A stretch of 64,000 nt of DNA, taken from Isurus oxyrinchus (lineage: Eukaryota). Below, piece after piece: positions 11,440 to 24,946 of the stretch. The translations under genes were made by a program, and so were the position numbers. Numbering within the stretch: position 1 is the stretch's first letter; every line of letters begins with the position of its first letter. The DNA is taken from assembly GCA_026770705.1 (NCBI GenBank), contig JANJGN010000001.1:47430001-47494000 (forward strand), given 5' to 3'. The notes beneath the pieces are model-generated. The model worked only from the letters and a program-made list of their open reading frames with translations. It ran no database searches and had not been told where the DNA came from.

Positions 11440-12789
11440 GTGAGGCAAGACATGCAGCTGTAGGCCTCTTGGCTAGAACATTGAAGATGTCAGAGCAGGC
11501 AAGAAAGGAAGAAATACATTACTGCTGCTCCCTACATTGACATTTTTCAAACAGCACTCTGCCTTGGAAAAGACTGTAGCGGAAGAACAGCTAATATTGA
11601 GATTCAACTATTTGTCAAATTATCTATGTATTTGATAGTGAGTTAATCCAGGAGGAGGGAAAAATTTTCATATTGGACCCTTATCATTTTTTATGGGGAG
11701 AAATCAATTGTAAAAAGTGAAGCACTGCTCGTTTTCTGACCAGGGTGCTATTTCCAACTTGGCCTGACTGAGAGAACTGTTATTCCACCTTCTCGCCCAG
11801 CCGCAGTCAAAGCTGTCCTGCAGCCTGTGATTCATCTAGGGCCAGATGCAATAGGTTCACTATCACATTTGTCAGTGTACCTGACTTAGAGGCAGCACTG
11901 AGGCTGATGGATCATTTATATGCTGGGTGTATTTTTTATAATTAATAATGTCTACTACTAATAATACACATTACAAAAAAACTACTTGATTGCATTAAGA
12001 AGCAACACAGTTTCTAAAAAATAGATAAGGTTTAATAAAAAGAAAAAATGGGTTGCAAGATAGTGCAGTGCTTGGGAACAGCAGGTCATGGCATCAAAGA
12101 CAGGATCTCAAGTCCATGACTCCCTGCTCTAATATACATGCTCACTTCTTTTTCTGAGGAAGGTGTTGAGAAAAGTTTGGGTTTATTCCCAAAAGAAAGA
12201 AAGGGAAATCAATTGTAGCTTCACTCCGAGGTCAGTCCTGCATACATCTTCACGTCTGACATCAGTGCCCTCATCCGCCAAATCACTCTTCTGACCAGGG
12301 TTGATATATGAGCTGGGATTGTGATTATCAAACTAGGGACGAGGTAAGATGAAAGAGCACACTTCAGGTTTTAATGGTATTAATGGCAGAATCTGAATTG
12401 TAGAATTTAAGAGGGAAATGCTATTGTGGCAATTTTAACAAGAAGTAAAACACACCATTCTTGTCCACCATGCGGGCATGTAAGCTTTAATTCCAGCAAA
12501 AGGTTATAAGAGTTGTTTGTACTTCAATTACTAACAGGACAGGAAATGCCAGCAAAAGAGAGAAATAAATGACAATGAAAAGAAATGTTAAGTTAAGAGA
12601 GGCTGAGGGCTAGTCAAAAGAAATAAATAATTGGCATCTTATACCACCATCTAGTGTTCAAGAATGAGAAGAACAGGCAAGAAATAATAATAGCATTTAT
12701 GAAACAATAAAATGAATCTATCGTAAGTTAATGATGGATGTAGAGCAAAAGAGCTAGGGTAAATTGATGTTGCTTAGACAGGATAGGAT

Positions 12790-13790
12790 TAGGAGTGGTG
12801 ATTCCAAGGATCAGTGAAAGGTCCACTGTGCTGACATAAAAGTAGTACCTTTGGCAAACAGTGAGGACAACTGTAAAAGACCCCGGGAAGATATAGGTAG
12901 ATTAATGAAATGGGGGACAGCTCACAGATGCAATTTGATACGAATAAGTGTGAAATAATGCACTGAAGGAGAAAAAAAAAAGGGTAGAAGTGTACATTCA
13001 AGAGAAAGTCACCATAGGATGAGGTCAAACATTAGAGGGCCGGATTTTCCCGAGGACTTTGCAAGCCCCAAAATCAGGGTCTCAATCCCACATTTGCTGC
13101 CAAGCCCGCCACCACGGGGCTTGGAAAATTCAGCCCAAAAATCTCAGAGATTTAAGCACATAATTCCTTGAATGTGTAAATGCAGACAATAAAGTCATAA
13201 AAAGACCAAAGAAAATGTTATGTTTTATCAAAGGGGCTGCACAATACCTGAGCACTGACGAATTTGAATAAAACATGGGTCAGGCCACAGTTAGAGGGCT
13301 GTGTACAGTTTGGACGTCCCATGATAGAAAGGTGTTAAGACAATAGAATGTATTCAATCTAGATTCACCAAGATGTGCTAGGAATAAAAAAACACTGTAG
13401 TTTTGTGGAGAGTGTTAAGCTACTGGGACTATTTCCACTGAAGCAGAGAAAGCCAAGGGCAGACTTAATAGAGGTTTTTAAAATTCTGAAGAGTCTGATG
13501 GGGTGAACAGGGAAAGATTATTTCCTCTGGTTCATGAATCAGTGATGAGGGGGTCATCAATTTAAAATTATCACTAACAGAGTGAAGAGAGAAAGAGTAG
13601 GAGAAATGTATTTATACAAAGGGTTGTTGGAGCATAGAATGAGGCAGAGAAAGGGAAAATTGGCTAAATATTTGAAGCAGAGAAAGATACAAGGCTATGG
13701 GGAGAGCAGGGCATAACGCAAGCAATCTTGGACTGTTCTAGCAAAGAGCTGGCACAGAAGGTATTGCCTCCTTCTGTGCTATAAACTTAT
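12790..13790 (+). mobile_element. Old CR1 LINE 3' portion
   Basis: Decayed PQGS..GP, WQMQF..KCE, RPQLE.CVQFW and LGLFPLKQRK motifs. Confidence 0.75.
13037..13136. mobile_element. Small Harbinger-type MITE in CR1
   Basis: TIRs GGGCCGGATTTTCC / GGAAAATTCAGCCC; TSD AGA/AAA (one mismatch). Confidence 0.8.
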
Positions 13791-13794
13791 ATAG

Positions 13795-14070
13795 TTCTAG
13801 GGATATAAAAAGTCCCATAGCACTGATTGAAAAAGAACAGGGAGTTCTGATGTCCTGGCAACATTCATCCCTCAACCAAAACCATCAAAACAGATTGACT
13901 TACTATTCATTTAACTTATTGCTATTAGTGAGAGCTCATGTGAAAATTAGCTCCCATGTTTGTCTAATTAGCAACAGTAGTTACACTTCAATAGTAATTT
14001 ATTGGCTGTAAAGCATTTTGGGACATCCTGAGGACATGAAGGGTGCTATATAAATACAAGTTATTTTCTT
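13795..14070 (+). mobile_element. Deu-type SINE 3' half
   Basis: Homologous to 10680-10905 and 29195-29460; tail ggtgctatataaatacaag. Confidence 0.7.
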
Positions 14071-14594
14071 CTTACCTTTTTAACCATGACTTTGATCACT
14101 TATCCTAATCTCATTTTAATTTTGGCTTCCCCTTTGTAAAGTATCGTGGATATTTCATTAAATTAAAGGTCTTATTTAAGCAAAATTTAGGTTTTTTTAG
14201 CTGCAGCCTATTATCAGGACACACAATACACAGAAAAGATCTCCCTGTACTTACAAAGCATAACACAATTACATTGGTCTATTATGCAATTGTTTAAAGT
14301 CACCAATACCAAAATTAAACAGCTTTTCTTCATTCACTACAATTTGGATTTACATTAATTTAATGGCCTGAGTGCTTTACTCAAATGCACATTTCTTCCA
14401 TTTGTCTATTAGTACAACACCCCTTCATTAACTTCTTCCCATGTCAAGGGCTTCAGATACTCTTCAATTTGCAGGTACATCTCTAAGTATGCTCTATTCA
14501 CTTTTCACAATAAAGTTTCTTCCATATTAGAGAGAAAAATTGTAATTTGGGTAATCACTCTGCTGATCATTTCCATTCTGTCCATATGTAATAC

Positions 14595-15780
14595 CAACAA
14601 CAACTTCTATTTATATCATGCCATTAACAAAACAAAATGTCCCAAGGCACTTCACAAGAACATTATAAAGCAAAATTTGACACCAAGGCACATAAAGCAA
14701 TATTATGGCAGACGACCAAAAACTTGGTCAAAGAGGTAGGTTTTAAGCAGCATCTTAAAGGAGAGAGAGAAGAGGAAAGAGTTAGACAGGGAATTCCAGA
14801 GCTTAGGGCCTAGGCGGCTAAAGACATGGCCACTAATGGAGCAACTAAAACCAAGGATGCTAAGGAAGCCAGAATTAGATGAGTTGTAAGTCTGGAGGAG
14901 ATTACAGAGATAGGCAGGGGTGAGGATATGGAAAGATTGGAAAACAAGGATGAAGAGGTTTAAAATTGAGGTCCTTGAGCAGGAGCCAATGTAGGTCAGG
15001 AAGCACATGGATAATGGGGGAATGGGAATTCGTGCAAGTCAAGACAAAAGCAATAGTGTTTCAGACTTCAAGTTTACACAGGGTAGAATGTGAGAAGCCA
15101 GCTAGGAGAGCATTGAAATAGCCAAGATTAGAGGTCACAAAGGCATGAACTGCAGTTTCAGCAGCAGCTGAACTGAGGCAGGGCAGAGAGAGGCAACGTT
15201 AAGGGGGTGGAATTATGCAGTTTTAGCTATGGCATAGATAACGGGGTTGGAAACTTATCTCATGCTTAAATATGACACCAAAATTGCAAAGAATCTAGTT
15301 CAGCCTCAAACAGTTACCAAGGAGAGGGATGGAGTTGGTTGATAGAGAACAGAGTTTAGAGTGGGATCTGAAGACAATGGCTTCAGTCTTCCCAATGTTT
15401 CAATGGAGGAAATTTCTGCTCATCTTGTGCTGGATGTTGGATAAGCAGTCTGGAGGAGGTGAGAGAGAGCATGATGAGGTAGAGCTGGGTATTGTCAGCA
15501 AACATCTGAAAACTGATGCTGAGGAGTAGCCTGTAGATGAGAAATAGGAGGGTGCACCAGAGACAATAGTGCAGGAGCAGGAAGACAAGCCATTGCAAAT
15601 AAGTCTCTGGAAATGTTTAGATAGATAAGGATGGAATGAGGAAGTGCAGTGCCACCCAGCTGAACAACCATGGAAAGGTGGAGGATGCTGCTTAGGTCAG
15701 CCATTTCAAAGATGGGGGACAGGTCAAGAACGAGAACGATATGTTGTAGTCATATAGGATGTCATTTGTGACATGGATAA
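14595..15780 (-). mobile_element. L2 LINE 3' portion
   Basis: Minus ORFs FQMFADNTQLYL (YADD motif) and FSRLGPKLWNSL...FKMLLKTYLF; (caa)n tail. Confidence 0.85.
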
Positions 15781-16504
15781 ACATGATTCTGATTTCATGC
15801 AGCACACCACAGGGAGTATGATAAAACTGGCTTCGCTCACAATCTTAGTGCCATTCATTTGCTTAATGCAACTATGAACTACCAACTGACTGATATTATT
15901 GAATGTCCTGTGGAAGCCTGCAAGGAACCAGGAGCAAAAACTTTCAGGGCTGCATCAGGCAATGGGCTGCTGACTGTGGGATTTGATTCCAGAAGGTGAC
16001 TCACCTCTATGACAACTTTCCCTCTTCTCTCTCGCTGACTCAGTTTCTCCCTCCCCTCTCTCTCTCACTTCAGCCCTCTCTCCCCTCCTCACTCCCTCCC
16101 TCCTTGTTCACTTCCTCCCTCCTCAATGTGCCCTGATCCTCAAGGAACTGCTGATGTGACTGGATAACAATCACTGTGAGCAGGCCCTCTTTTATTGCCC
16201 CCCCCCCCCCACCACCCCCCTTCAGCTGCTGCTCTGTTAGCTCTTTCTTTCAGTTGTTCCTCTTCCCCAATCAGTGTACAATTGCCAGAAGGCTTCCATT
16301 AAGTAAACATTGTTTGCTAAGAACCCCGTAAGAGTTCAGAACATTTCCACAGGTTGCAAGAAGATATAAAAAAACCACAATGTAATGCAACAAAATGTCT
16401 CCCAAAATGTTCTAGCATTTTACCCCAGAGCAGTTGAAGATCCCTTTAAATATAATTGAAAATGGTTGTGTTCCACTTTAACTGCCCAAAGTTGTTATAT
16501 TTAT

Positions 16505-16815
16505 CCTTTCATGGGTGTCACTGGCAAGACCAGCAATTGTTGCCGGAACTGAGTGGTTTGTTAGGCCATTTCAGAGGGCAGTTAAGAGTCAACCACATTG
16601 CTGTGGTCTGGAGTCACATGTAGGCCAGACCAGGTAAGAATGGCAGATTTCCTTCCCTAGGGGGTATTAGTGAACCAGATGACAATTGATGATAGTTTCA
16701 TGGTCACCATAACTAACTAGCTTTCAATTCCAGACTTTATTAATTGAATTTAATTCCACCAGCTGCCAGCATCTGGATTACTAACCAAATGACATTATCA
16801 CTACATCACCCTCTT
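16505..16815 (-). mobile_element. tRNA-derived SINE with a LINE-derived 3' tail
   Basis: Minus strand: tggttcactaat...agggaaggaaatctgcc...gttgactcttaactgccctctgaaatggcc; tail gctggtcttgccagtgacacc shared with the LINE ends at ~24775 and ~40462; fragments at 39370-39480, 40750-40870 and 44735-44865. Confidence 0.7.
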
Positions 16816-17189
16816 CCTCCTCCCCCCAACCCCCAGGATCTGGACCTGGCAGTGTAACTACAAGCTGAGGTAAAAGTAACATCATGGGGTTCTAATTACA
16901 TCATCTTTCCTCAATTATCATATGTTCATTTGATTCCTGTCTATTTCCACACCCCTTCCCATTTTTCTACCAGTTCATCTCATACTTGGTTTATTACTTT
17001 CCTTTACTAACCTTTGGTCTTTGTAATGTTTTTTGGTAGCCTGATCAAGATGAGTTCCAACACTTCCTAGGTCTCTTTAGCTATTTAAAATTCTGTTGAT
17101 AGTCTATTAAACCCATTTATGGCATGTTTGCATTGGGACAAGCTGATGCCCCTTATCTTTATCCGTTTTTTTCTGCCCTCTTCTCTCGT

Positions 17190-17335
17190 TTCAGTCAATT
17201 TTCTTAAGGAACTTCATTCTCTACCTTGAATCAAATATTCATGAAAGGTCTCCAGCCTATGTTGGCTGTTCACAAATGCTGATCGACCTTATTCTCGTGC
17301 AGCATTTTCTGTTTCCATTTGAAATTTTCAACCTT
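17190..17335 (+). mobile_element. Highly decayed Penelope-derived short element
   Basis: tcatgaaaggtc...cacaaatgctgatcgacc...cagcattttctgttt. Confidence 0.45.
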
Positions 17336-17521
17336 CATAGGTATGAATCGGTAGAGTCAGGGATGCTAACTTGTTCTCAAACCTACTTTTCCATGAACAT
17401 AAGCAAAAGTGAAGAATCATATGCCTATATTTAATGTTATTGATACTCTCATTCCCTTCTTCATGTACATATTTGAATTAAGAGCTTCTTAGTGCTCTTA
17501 ACTTAACGATTTGATGTCAAA

Positions 17522-19870
17522 GGGATAGGTTTTACCTGGCAGTGGACCTTGGCTGGTGCAGGCTACAGGCCTCATCCATTTTTAGGGTATGGTCTCATTA
17601 CCATTCTACCAGCATATTATAGTCAGCAAACAGGCCTCCAGCAGCAACTTGCCAGCTCTGGGCTGATGCAATAACAGGCAGGCTGCAGGCCAACCCTGGC
17701 CGGCAGAAGGTTACGTCCAGGAAGGGTGCCAATTGTGGAGGGGAATGGGAGGAGGGGTTATTGGGTCAGCACAGCTCACCTTATTCTTGTCGTGTTCAAA
17801 GCAGCACCCCTTCCTCTCCAGGTCCCAGAAAGATCATTTTAAATATACTGAGCTGGATTCTCATCACGGAGGCAGAATCAGAAGTTGGGAATTTTCCCAG
17901 TGTGGATGATCCCGCCTCCAACCTAGCTGTGCCGGCCCGCGGGATTTTAATCATGCGAAGGTAGAGGTGAAGGCAGGCCGATGCCAAGATGGCCAGATTA
18001 AAAGGCCCTCCTCCGTTCACTGAGGTATCAGCCCGATTCTGCAGATTAATCTCCAGAATAAAACAGCAGAGCATTGCTTAAACAGAGAACAGCTGCATAA
18101 TTCTGAGGTGCCGTGCGACCTAGGTGTTCTCGTGCATGAGTCACAAAAAGTTAGTATGCAGGTGCAGCATGTGATCAAGAAGGCTAATGGAATACTATTC
18201 TTTACTACAAGAGGAATTAAACATTAAAGTAAAGATGTTATGCTTCATTTATACAGGCAATGGTGAAGCCGCATCTCAAATATTGTGTGCAGTTTTGGTC
18301 TCCTTATTTAAGGAAGGATGTAAATGCGTTGGAGGCAGGTCAGGGAAGGTTTACTAGATTGATACTTGGAAAGAGTAGATTGTCATATGAGGGTAGGTTG
18401 AACAGGCTGGACGTGTTTCCACTGGAGTTTAGAAGAGTGAGGGGTGATTCGATTGAAGTGTATAAGATCCTGAATGGTCTTGACAAGGTGGACATGGAAA
18501 GGATGTTTCCTCTTGTGGGTGAGTCCAGAACTAGGGGACTCTGTTTTAAAATTTGGGGTCACCTTATAGGACAGAGATGAGGAAAATGTTTTTCTCTCAG
18601 AGGGTTGTGTGGAACTCTCTGCCTCAGAAAGCATAGGGTGGGGGGTGCGGGGAGGGTGGTCACTGGATATCTTTAAGGTAGATGTAGATAGATTTTTTTA
18701 GACAAGGAAAGCAAAGGTTATCATGGGATGGAAATGTAGAACTCAAGACACAAACAGATCAGTTATCATCTTATTGAACGGCGGAGCAGGTTCGAGGGGC
18801 TGAATGGCCTACTTCTGCTCCTATTTCGTATGCCCCCTATGTATGTTCATAATTCCCTCCTCACCTGCACCCCCGACCTCCAAACCTCCTCACCCCTCAT
18901 CCCCTCTTCACCCTCTTCTTCACCCTACTTCACCCTCTCTTCACTCCGCTCGCCCCTTCAAAATCCTCACTCAATCATCCACTTTGCACTTTAGAAACAC
19001 AGCTCACAAGCCCCATAATAACATTTTGAAGTCTTTACAAAGCTTGCAAACCTGTCAGAATAAACAAATATCACTTGAATAGGCACTTGAAAAATCATTA
19101 TCCTCTTAGAAATTCATATGTCTGTCAAAGTAAAACAAACCCGACTACCCTGGACAGCTGTGTATGCAATCCCTACATTGCAGGATTCATTAGGGGTTTG
19201 GAATGCAGCCAAGCCAAAAAACTGACATTACTCAGCACAAACTTTAAACAAATCCTGCAGTACCATATCTATTAATGCCTTTGAAGGCAGCCAAAAGCTC
19301 AGACATCTGTCAATGCTTTGAAAGAGCCAAACAGATAACTGACCTGTTCATTGAAGAGTGAATGAACACCAATGAAAAAGTTTAAACAATCAGCTTTTCA
19401 TCTCACTCTGGGCTATGCTATCCATATTGTCCAACACAAAATAGGACTTTAACCACTGGATGATCTATTCTAATGCATCTGAAGACTTTTCTGCTTACAA
19501 AGCTCTTCTTTTACTAGACAGCTTGCCAGTTGTCAGATATAACAATCTGGCAATCACATTATTTAATGGCCACATATATTTTTCAATCATAGCACTGCCT
19601 TAACTAATTTTAGTACACATTGATATAACTCAGTTTGCAGGATTCCATGATGAACTGTGAAGGAGGCAGCAACATTTCGGCTCACCTTTTAGGCTCTTAC
19701 CAGCTCCAATCTGTATTTCACTTCTTCACTCACCAAGTGTGGTTTAGGAAGGCTTCCAAAATATGGCTGCCTCCATGAAAATTTCAGAAGTTCTGAAATC
19801 GCCACTTCCAGAATGCTGCCGGCAACTTTTAAACAACAGCATGTGGGGTTCCCGGCCGATACCCATCCCA
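17522..19870. mobile_element. Decayed non-autonomous Harbinger-like element split by CR1
   Basis: Left TIR-like GGGATAGGTTTT; the interior after the CR1 resembles 8400-9410; boundaries approximate. Confidence 0.35.
18075..18850 (+). mobile_element. CR1 LINE 3' end
   Basis: ORF MVKPHLKYCVQFWSPYLRKDVNALEAGQGRFTRLI...RGDSIEVYKILNG; CR1 3'UTR. Confidence 0.92.
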
Positions 19871-20679
19871 CACTGCTGAATACAGCTGAGATGGAAATGT
19901 GAATGGACTTGGCAAAATCAAGACTGCGAAGTCAGGCCTATCATCTTTAGTCCCATATAGTGTTTTAAAATGCTCCGGTGAAGCACCTTGGGACATTACA
20001 TTCTGTTAAAGGGGCTATGTAAATATATGTTGTTGTTGTTGTTGTTCTCTTAGGATATATGGTAAAATTAGGCAGCAATGTGCATCATATTTGTATATTG
20101 AGGGACAGCCATCCGAAGCAGGGAGGTGTTCCAACCACCTGGCCACAGGCCTCCTTCAAGATGTCATCAGTCAGAGCCAGAATGGTGCAATATGCTTTTC
20201 CCCATGGTTTTCGGGGCTTCACTGCCCCATTTCCAGCCAGCAAAATCAGGAAACTTCTCATCCAAGCATTGTCTTGTACACAGGCTTGAGCCCAGAGGAC
20301 AGGTCGACATCCAGTATCAATCTGTGAGAACAAGCCCTTGCTCCAAATCCACACAGAGAAGGCTGAGAGAAGTCTAGAAATACAATGGCAGGTCCATGAT
20401 TATAAATTTAATACAGGCAAAACTTAGCATTCACGCCATTTGGAAGTGTTTCCACTACAGCCCTGGCCCAGGAAGACTCTACATGATTTTGGTGCTGCTG
20501 CAGTTTGAAGATTCAAGGTGCAGAAAGTGTCAGCTGAACAGCAATGTACAGTCAATGAGAGAACTCCATAGCAATAGCTTCCTCTGTGTACACATATTAA
20601 ATTTCAATTTGACGCACATAGGGACATATGAGACTGGATTTAATTGGGTGCTGGGGTCCCTGCAACCTTGGCAAAAAAG

Positions 20680-21230
20680 TCACCATCCCAACTCCAGTGA
20701 CTTACCTGCAGGCATTTAATTATTGGAATTGCATTAATTGGTTTAAGGTGGGACCGCTATCTCTATCTGGAGAGGAAATCTGGCCTCTGAGAGCTGCTGG
20801 CCAATCAAATGGCTGACAGCTCTCTGGTCCCATCAGCGCCAATGGGATTGGTAACCACTACGAGGACTGTGACCAACCACAAGGATGGAGCTGGAGTGAA
20901 CAGTAAATGGGGACTTGGGGATGTCAGGGATGGATGGAGGGGACCAGGGTAGACAGGCCATGGTTTAGTTCGGGCCGGGGTGGGATGGGAGAATGATGGG
21001 AAGTCCTAGTTCGGTGGCGGTGGGGTGGGTTGGAGGGGGGGGGGGGTGCGGGGGGGTGGGGGGGTGATTTAAGGAGGCACCATGCCCTTGCCTGACACCA
21101 GACAGCACAGTGAAAGTTGTCAGGCCACCACTGGTTAAATCCCAGCCACGGCAGGATGAAGCCCTTAAATGGCCATTAATTGATAACATGATCAGAGGGT
21201 GTTTTATGGAGTTGCCTGTCACCTTGCCAT
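20680..21230. mobile_element. Decayed MITE (33029-type family)
   Basis: Shares the gagctgctggccaatc and cccttaaatggccattaattg motifs with 33029-33712 and 53150-53978. Confidence 0.45.
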
Positions 21231-21408
21231 CTTTCAAAGAGTAATAGGATTAGATATTGTCATTAACTACTTGAATGATATAATAACTGGAAGTGTTAGG
21301 CAAGACAAATGAGGGAGTCAATTACAACATACACAAAAGCATGGCCTAAGGTTATAGCTAAATGCAAAGTAGTCAAAAATCAGTCTGGGTCACTGTGCAT
21401 TCACTTAC

Positions 21409-21476
21409 ATGCCCAACCTTCTTTTGGGAAGTTGGATATGATATTCCAAGCTGCCATGACTCTTGAATCAGAGAGA
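21409..21476 (-). other. Candidate 68-nt internal exon of an unidentified minus-strand gene
   Basis: Acceptor ccctcacttattactgttatAG and donor CAT|GTAAGT in unique DNA; open frames LSDSRVMAAWNIISNFPKEGWA or SLIQESWQLGISYPTSQKKVGH. Confidence 0.42.
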
Positions 21477-21689
21477 CTATAACAGTAATAAGTGAGGGAG
21501 GAGTTCCACCGAGTAAACCTGTATACATTTAACATGCACCACAGGCAACCAGCAGTAAGACACATATATTGTGCACTGGAAAAATACTGCATGATAACAC
21601 ACTGTAACACAATAATTGCAAATAATGATGAAACACAGAACAATGTGAAACATACTAATATGGCATTACCATTGCCTCACCACCAACGT

Positions 21690-24150
21690 CCATAGAACCA
21701 TAGAACCATAGAAAAGTTACAGTACAGAAGGAGGCCATTCAGCCCATCTTGTCCATGCCAGCCCGAGGACACCCAGGTGCCCTTTATGATCCCGACTTCC
21801 TACACTTGGCCCAGAGCCCTGCAGTTTACAGCACTTAAGGTGCAGATCCAGGTACTTTTTAAAAGAGTTTAGAATTTCTGCCTCTACCACCAACTTGGGC
21901 AGCGAGTTCCAGACACCCACTACCTTCTGCATAAAAAAGTTCTTCCTCATGTCCCCCCTACACCTTCTGCCACTTATCTTGAATCTATGTCCCCTGGTTC
22001 TAGAATTCTCAATCAAGGGAAACAATTTTATCCTGTCCACTCTATCCATTCACCTCATAATTTTGTACACCTCAATCAAGTCACCTCTCAGCCTTCTTTG
22101 TTCTAAGGAAAATAACACAACCTAGCCAATCTCTCCTCGTAGCTACACTTTTCTAACCCTGGCAACATTCTTGTAAACCTCCTCTGCACTCTCTCCAGAG
22201 CTATTACGTCCTTCCTGTAATGTGGTGACCAGAACTGCACACAATACTCCACTTGTGGCCTCAACAGTGTTTTATACAATTCCAACATTATATCCTTACT
22301 TTTATATTCTATACCTCTGCCAATGTAGGAAAGCATTCCATATGCCTTCTTTACAACCTTGTCTAATTGAACTGCTGCCTTCAGGGACCTGTGTACTTGT
22401 ACGTCAAGACCTCTCACTTCATCTACTCCTGTTAGTATATTCCCATTTATTGTGTAATCCCTGTAACTGTTTGACCTCCCTAAATGTATGACCTCACACT
22501 TTTCTATGTTAAAATCCATCTGCCATTTTACCGCCCACTCCACCAACCCATCTTTTTCATTTTGGAGATTATGTCTATCCTCTACACTATCCACCACTCA
22601 GCCAATCTTTATGTCATCTGCAAATTTCCCAATCGTGCCCCCCACGTTCACGTCCAAATCGTTAATATATAACACAAACAGCAAAGGTCCCACCACCAAG
22701 CCCTGTGGAACACCACTTGAGACAACTTTCCATTCGCAAGGGCATCCATTGACCATTACCCTTTGTTTCCTGTTACAAGGCCAACCTTTTAGCCAGTTTG
22801 CCACATTACCCTGAGTTCCACGGGCTTTTACTTTTCTGACCAATCTGCCTTATGGGACCTTGTCAAATGCCTTTCTAAAATCCATGTACACAACATCCAC
22901 TGCACTACCTTCATCAACCCTTCTTGTCACTTCCTCAAAGAATTCAATCAAATTTGCGAGGCAAGACCTTCCTTTAACAAATCCATGCTGACCATCCCTG
23001 ACTAGTCCATGCCTTTCTACATGACAGTTAATCCTATCTCTCAGGATTGATTCTACTAATTTGCTCACCACCGATGTAAGACTAACCGGCCTATAATTGT
23101 TTGGTATTTCCTTTGATCCCTTTTTAAACAATGGAACTACTGTTGCATTTCTCCAGTCCACCAGTACCTACCCTGGGTCTAGTGAAGATTGGAAAATCGT
23201 CCTCAGAGCATCTGCTATCTCCTCCCTGACTTCCTTCAGCAGCCTCGGAAATAATCCATCTGGCCCTGGTGACTTATTAACCCTCAAGGATTTCAACCTT
23301 TCAAGTACTTCCTCTCTCTTTATGACTATCCCATCCAATATCTCACAATGTTTCTCCTGGACTAGTATAACTACATCCTCCCTTTCCTTTGTAACACGGA
23401 GACAAAATATTCATTCAAAACCCTTCCCACAGCCTCTGCATCTACACACAAGTTTCCATCTTCATTCTGATAGGTCCTACTTTTTCCTTAACTAACCTTT
23501 TAGCATTAATGTTTTGGTGAAACATCTTTGGGTTATCTTTAATTTTACTTGCTAATCTTTCTTCATGCCCTCTCTTTGATTTCCTTATTTCCTTTTTTAT
23601 TTCATCCCTGCACATCCTATATTGGTCTAGGTTATCTGCAGCGCTTAGTTCTTTATGCCTATCGTACGCTTTCTTTTTCTGTTTGATCTTCCCCTGTATT
23701 CCTCTAGACAACCAGAGGGGTCTAGATTTGGCAGTACCACTCTTATTTTTGTAGGGGACATGTCTACTTTGTACAATTAGGATCTTGCTTTTTAGTGCTT
23801 CCCACTGGTTTTCCACTGTTTTATCCTCCAGCAGTGCTGTCCAGTCCACCTCAGCCAAGTCCCTCCTCATTTCTGCAAAATTTGCCTTCCCCCAGTTCAA
23901 GACTCTTACTCCTGCCTTATCTCTGTCCTTTTCCATGGTAATGCTAAATCTAACTGAATTGTGATCACTGTCCCCGATATGTCGCCAACTGTCACTTCAC
24001 CCACTTGCCCTTCTTCGTTCCCCAGGGTGAGGTCTAGAATTGCATCTCCTCTCGTCGGGTTTGCCACTAATTTGTTGAAAAAATTTTCCTGGACACACTG
24101 CATGAATTTTTCTCCCTCAGTGCTCTTTATATTGTTTGAATCCCAGTTGA
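21690..24150 (-). mobile_element. CR1 LINE, 2.5-kb ORF2 fragment (end of endonuclease region plus RT)
   Basis: Chain of ORFs: PTRGDAILDL, NWGKANF, DWRNATVVPLFKKG..NYRPVSLTS..QHGF..DFRKAFDKV, GVPQG..GPLLF..KFADD; (catagaac)n tail. Confidence 0.96.
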
Positions 24151-24157
24151 TTTTATT

Positions 24158-24820
24158 CCTCTCAACATCCTGGGGGGGCTACCATTAACCAGAAATTTAA
24201 CTGGCCTGGCCTCATTAATAATGTGGCTACAAGTACAGGCCAGAGGCTGGGAATTTTGCAGAGAGTAATTCACCTTCTGACTCTCCAAAGCCTGTCCACC
24301 ATCCACAAGTCAGGAGCGTGATGGAATACTCCCCACTTGCCAGGATGAGTGAAGCTCCAAAAACACTGAAGAAGTTTGACACCATCCAGGAGAAACAGCC
24401 TGCTTGATCAGCACACCATCCGCCACCTTAAATATTCACTCCCACCACAGAGACAGCAGTGTGTACCACCTACAATATGCACTGCAGCAACTTGCCAAGG
24501 CTTCTTCAACAGCACTTTCCAAACCCACGACCTCTACCACCTAGAAGAACAAGGACAGCAAGCACGTGGGAAGATCACCACCTGCAAGTTCCTCTCCAAG
24601 CCACACACCATACTGATTTGGAATTATATCACCATTCGTTCCTCACCACAGACTCAAAATCCTGGAACTCCCTCCCTAACAGCACTGTAGGTGTACCTTC
24701 ACTACGTGGACTGCAGTGGTACAAGAAGGAGGCGCAACACCACCTTTCCAGAGCAATTAGGAATGGACAATAAATCTTGGCCTTGCCAGCACCGGCCACA
24801 CCCCATTACCAAACAAAAAA
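24158..24820 (+). mobile_element. CR1-group LINE 3' end (second family)
   Basis: VRSVMEYSPLA, KKFDTIQEK, MHCSNLPRLLQQHFPNPRPLPPRRTR, SKSWNSLPNS; same family as 39985-40505. Confidence 0.85.
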
Positions 24821-24946
24821 CATACTTTGTATCTTCTGGCTTTGAATGCTGCATTTGAAGTGTTGGATCCTAACAATGGTCCAAATTACTCAAGAAACTT
24901 TCTTCACAAAACTTCTTATCAAACTTATCAAACTTCTTATCAAAAC

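Noticed and set aside
11606-11644. Hairpin with partial miR-223/miR-599-like words
   Set aside because: The stem is only about 15 bp and does not match a mature miRNA over its length.
11862-11881. ATCACATTTGTCAGTGTACC resembling miR-23
   Set aside because: Seed-only match with no proper pre-miRNA 5' arm.
21690-21713. Short tandem repeats (catagaac, acagaatc, cctatgtt, gaaacata) as CRISPR-like arrays
   Set aside because: These are CR1 3' microsatellite tails with no spacers, in eukaryotic DNA.
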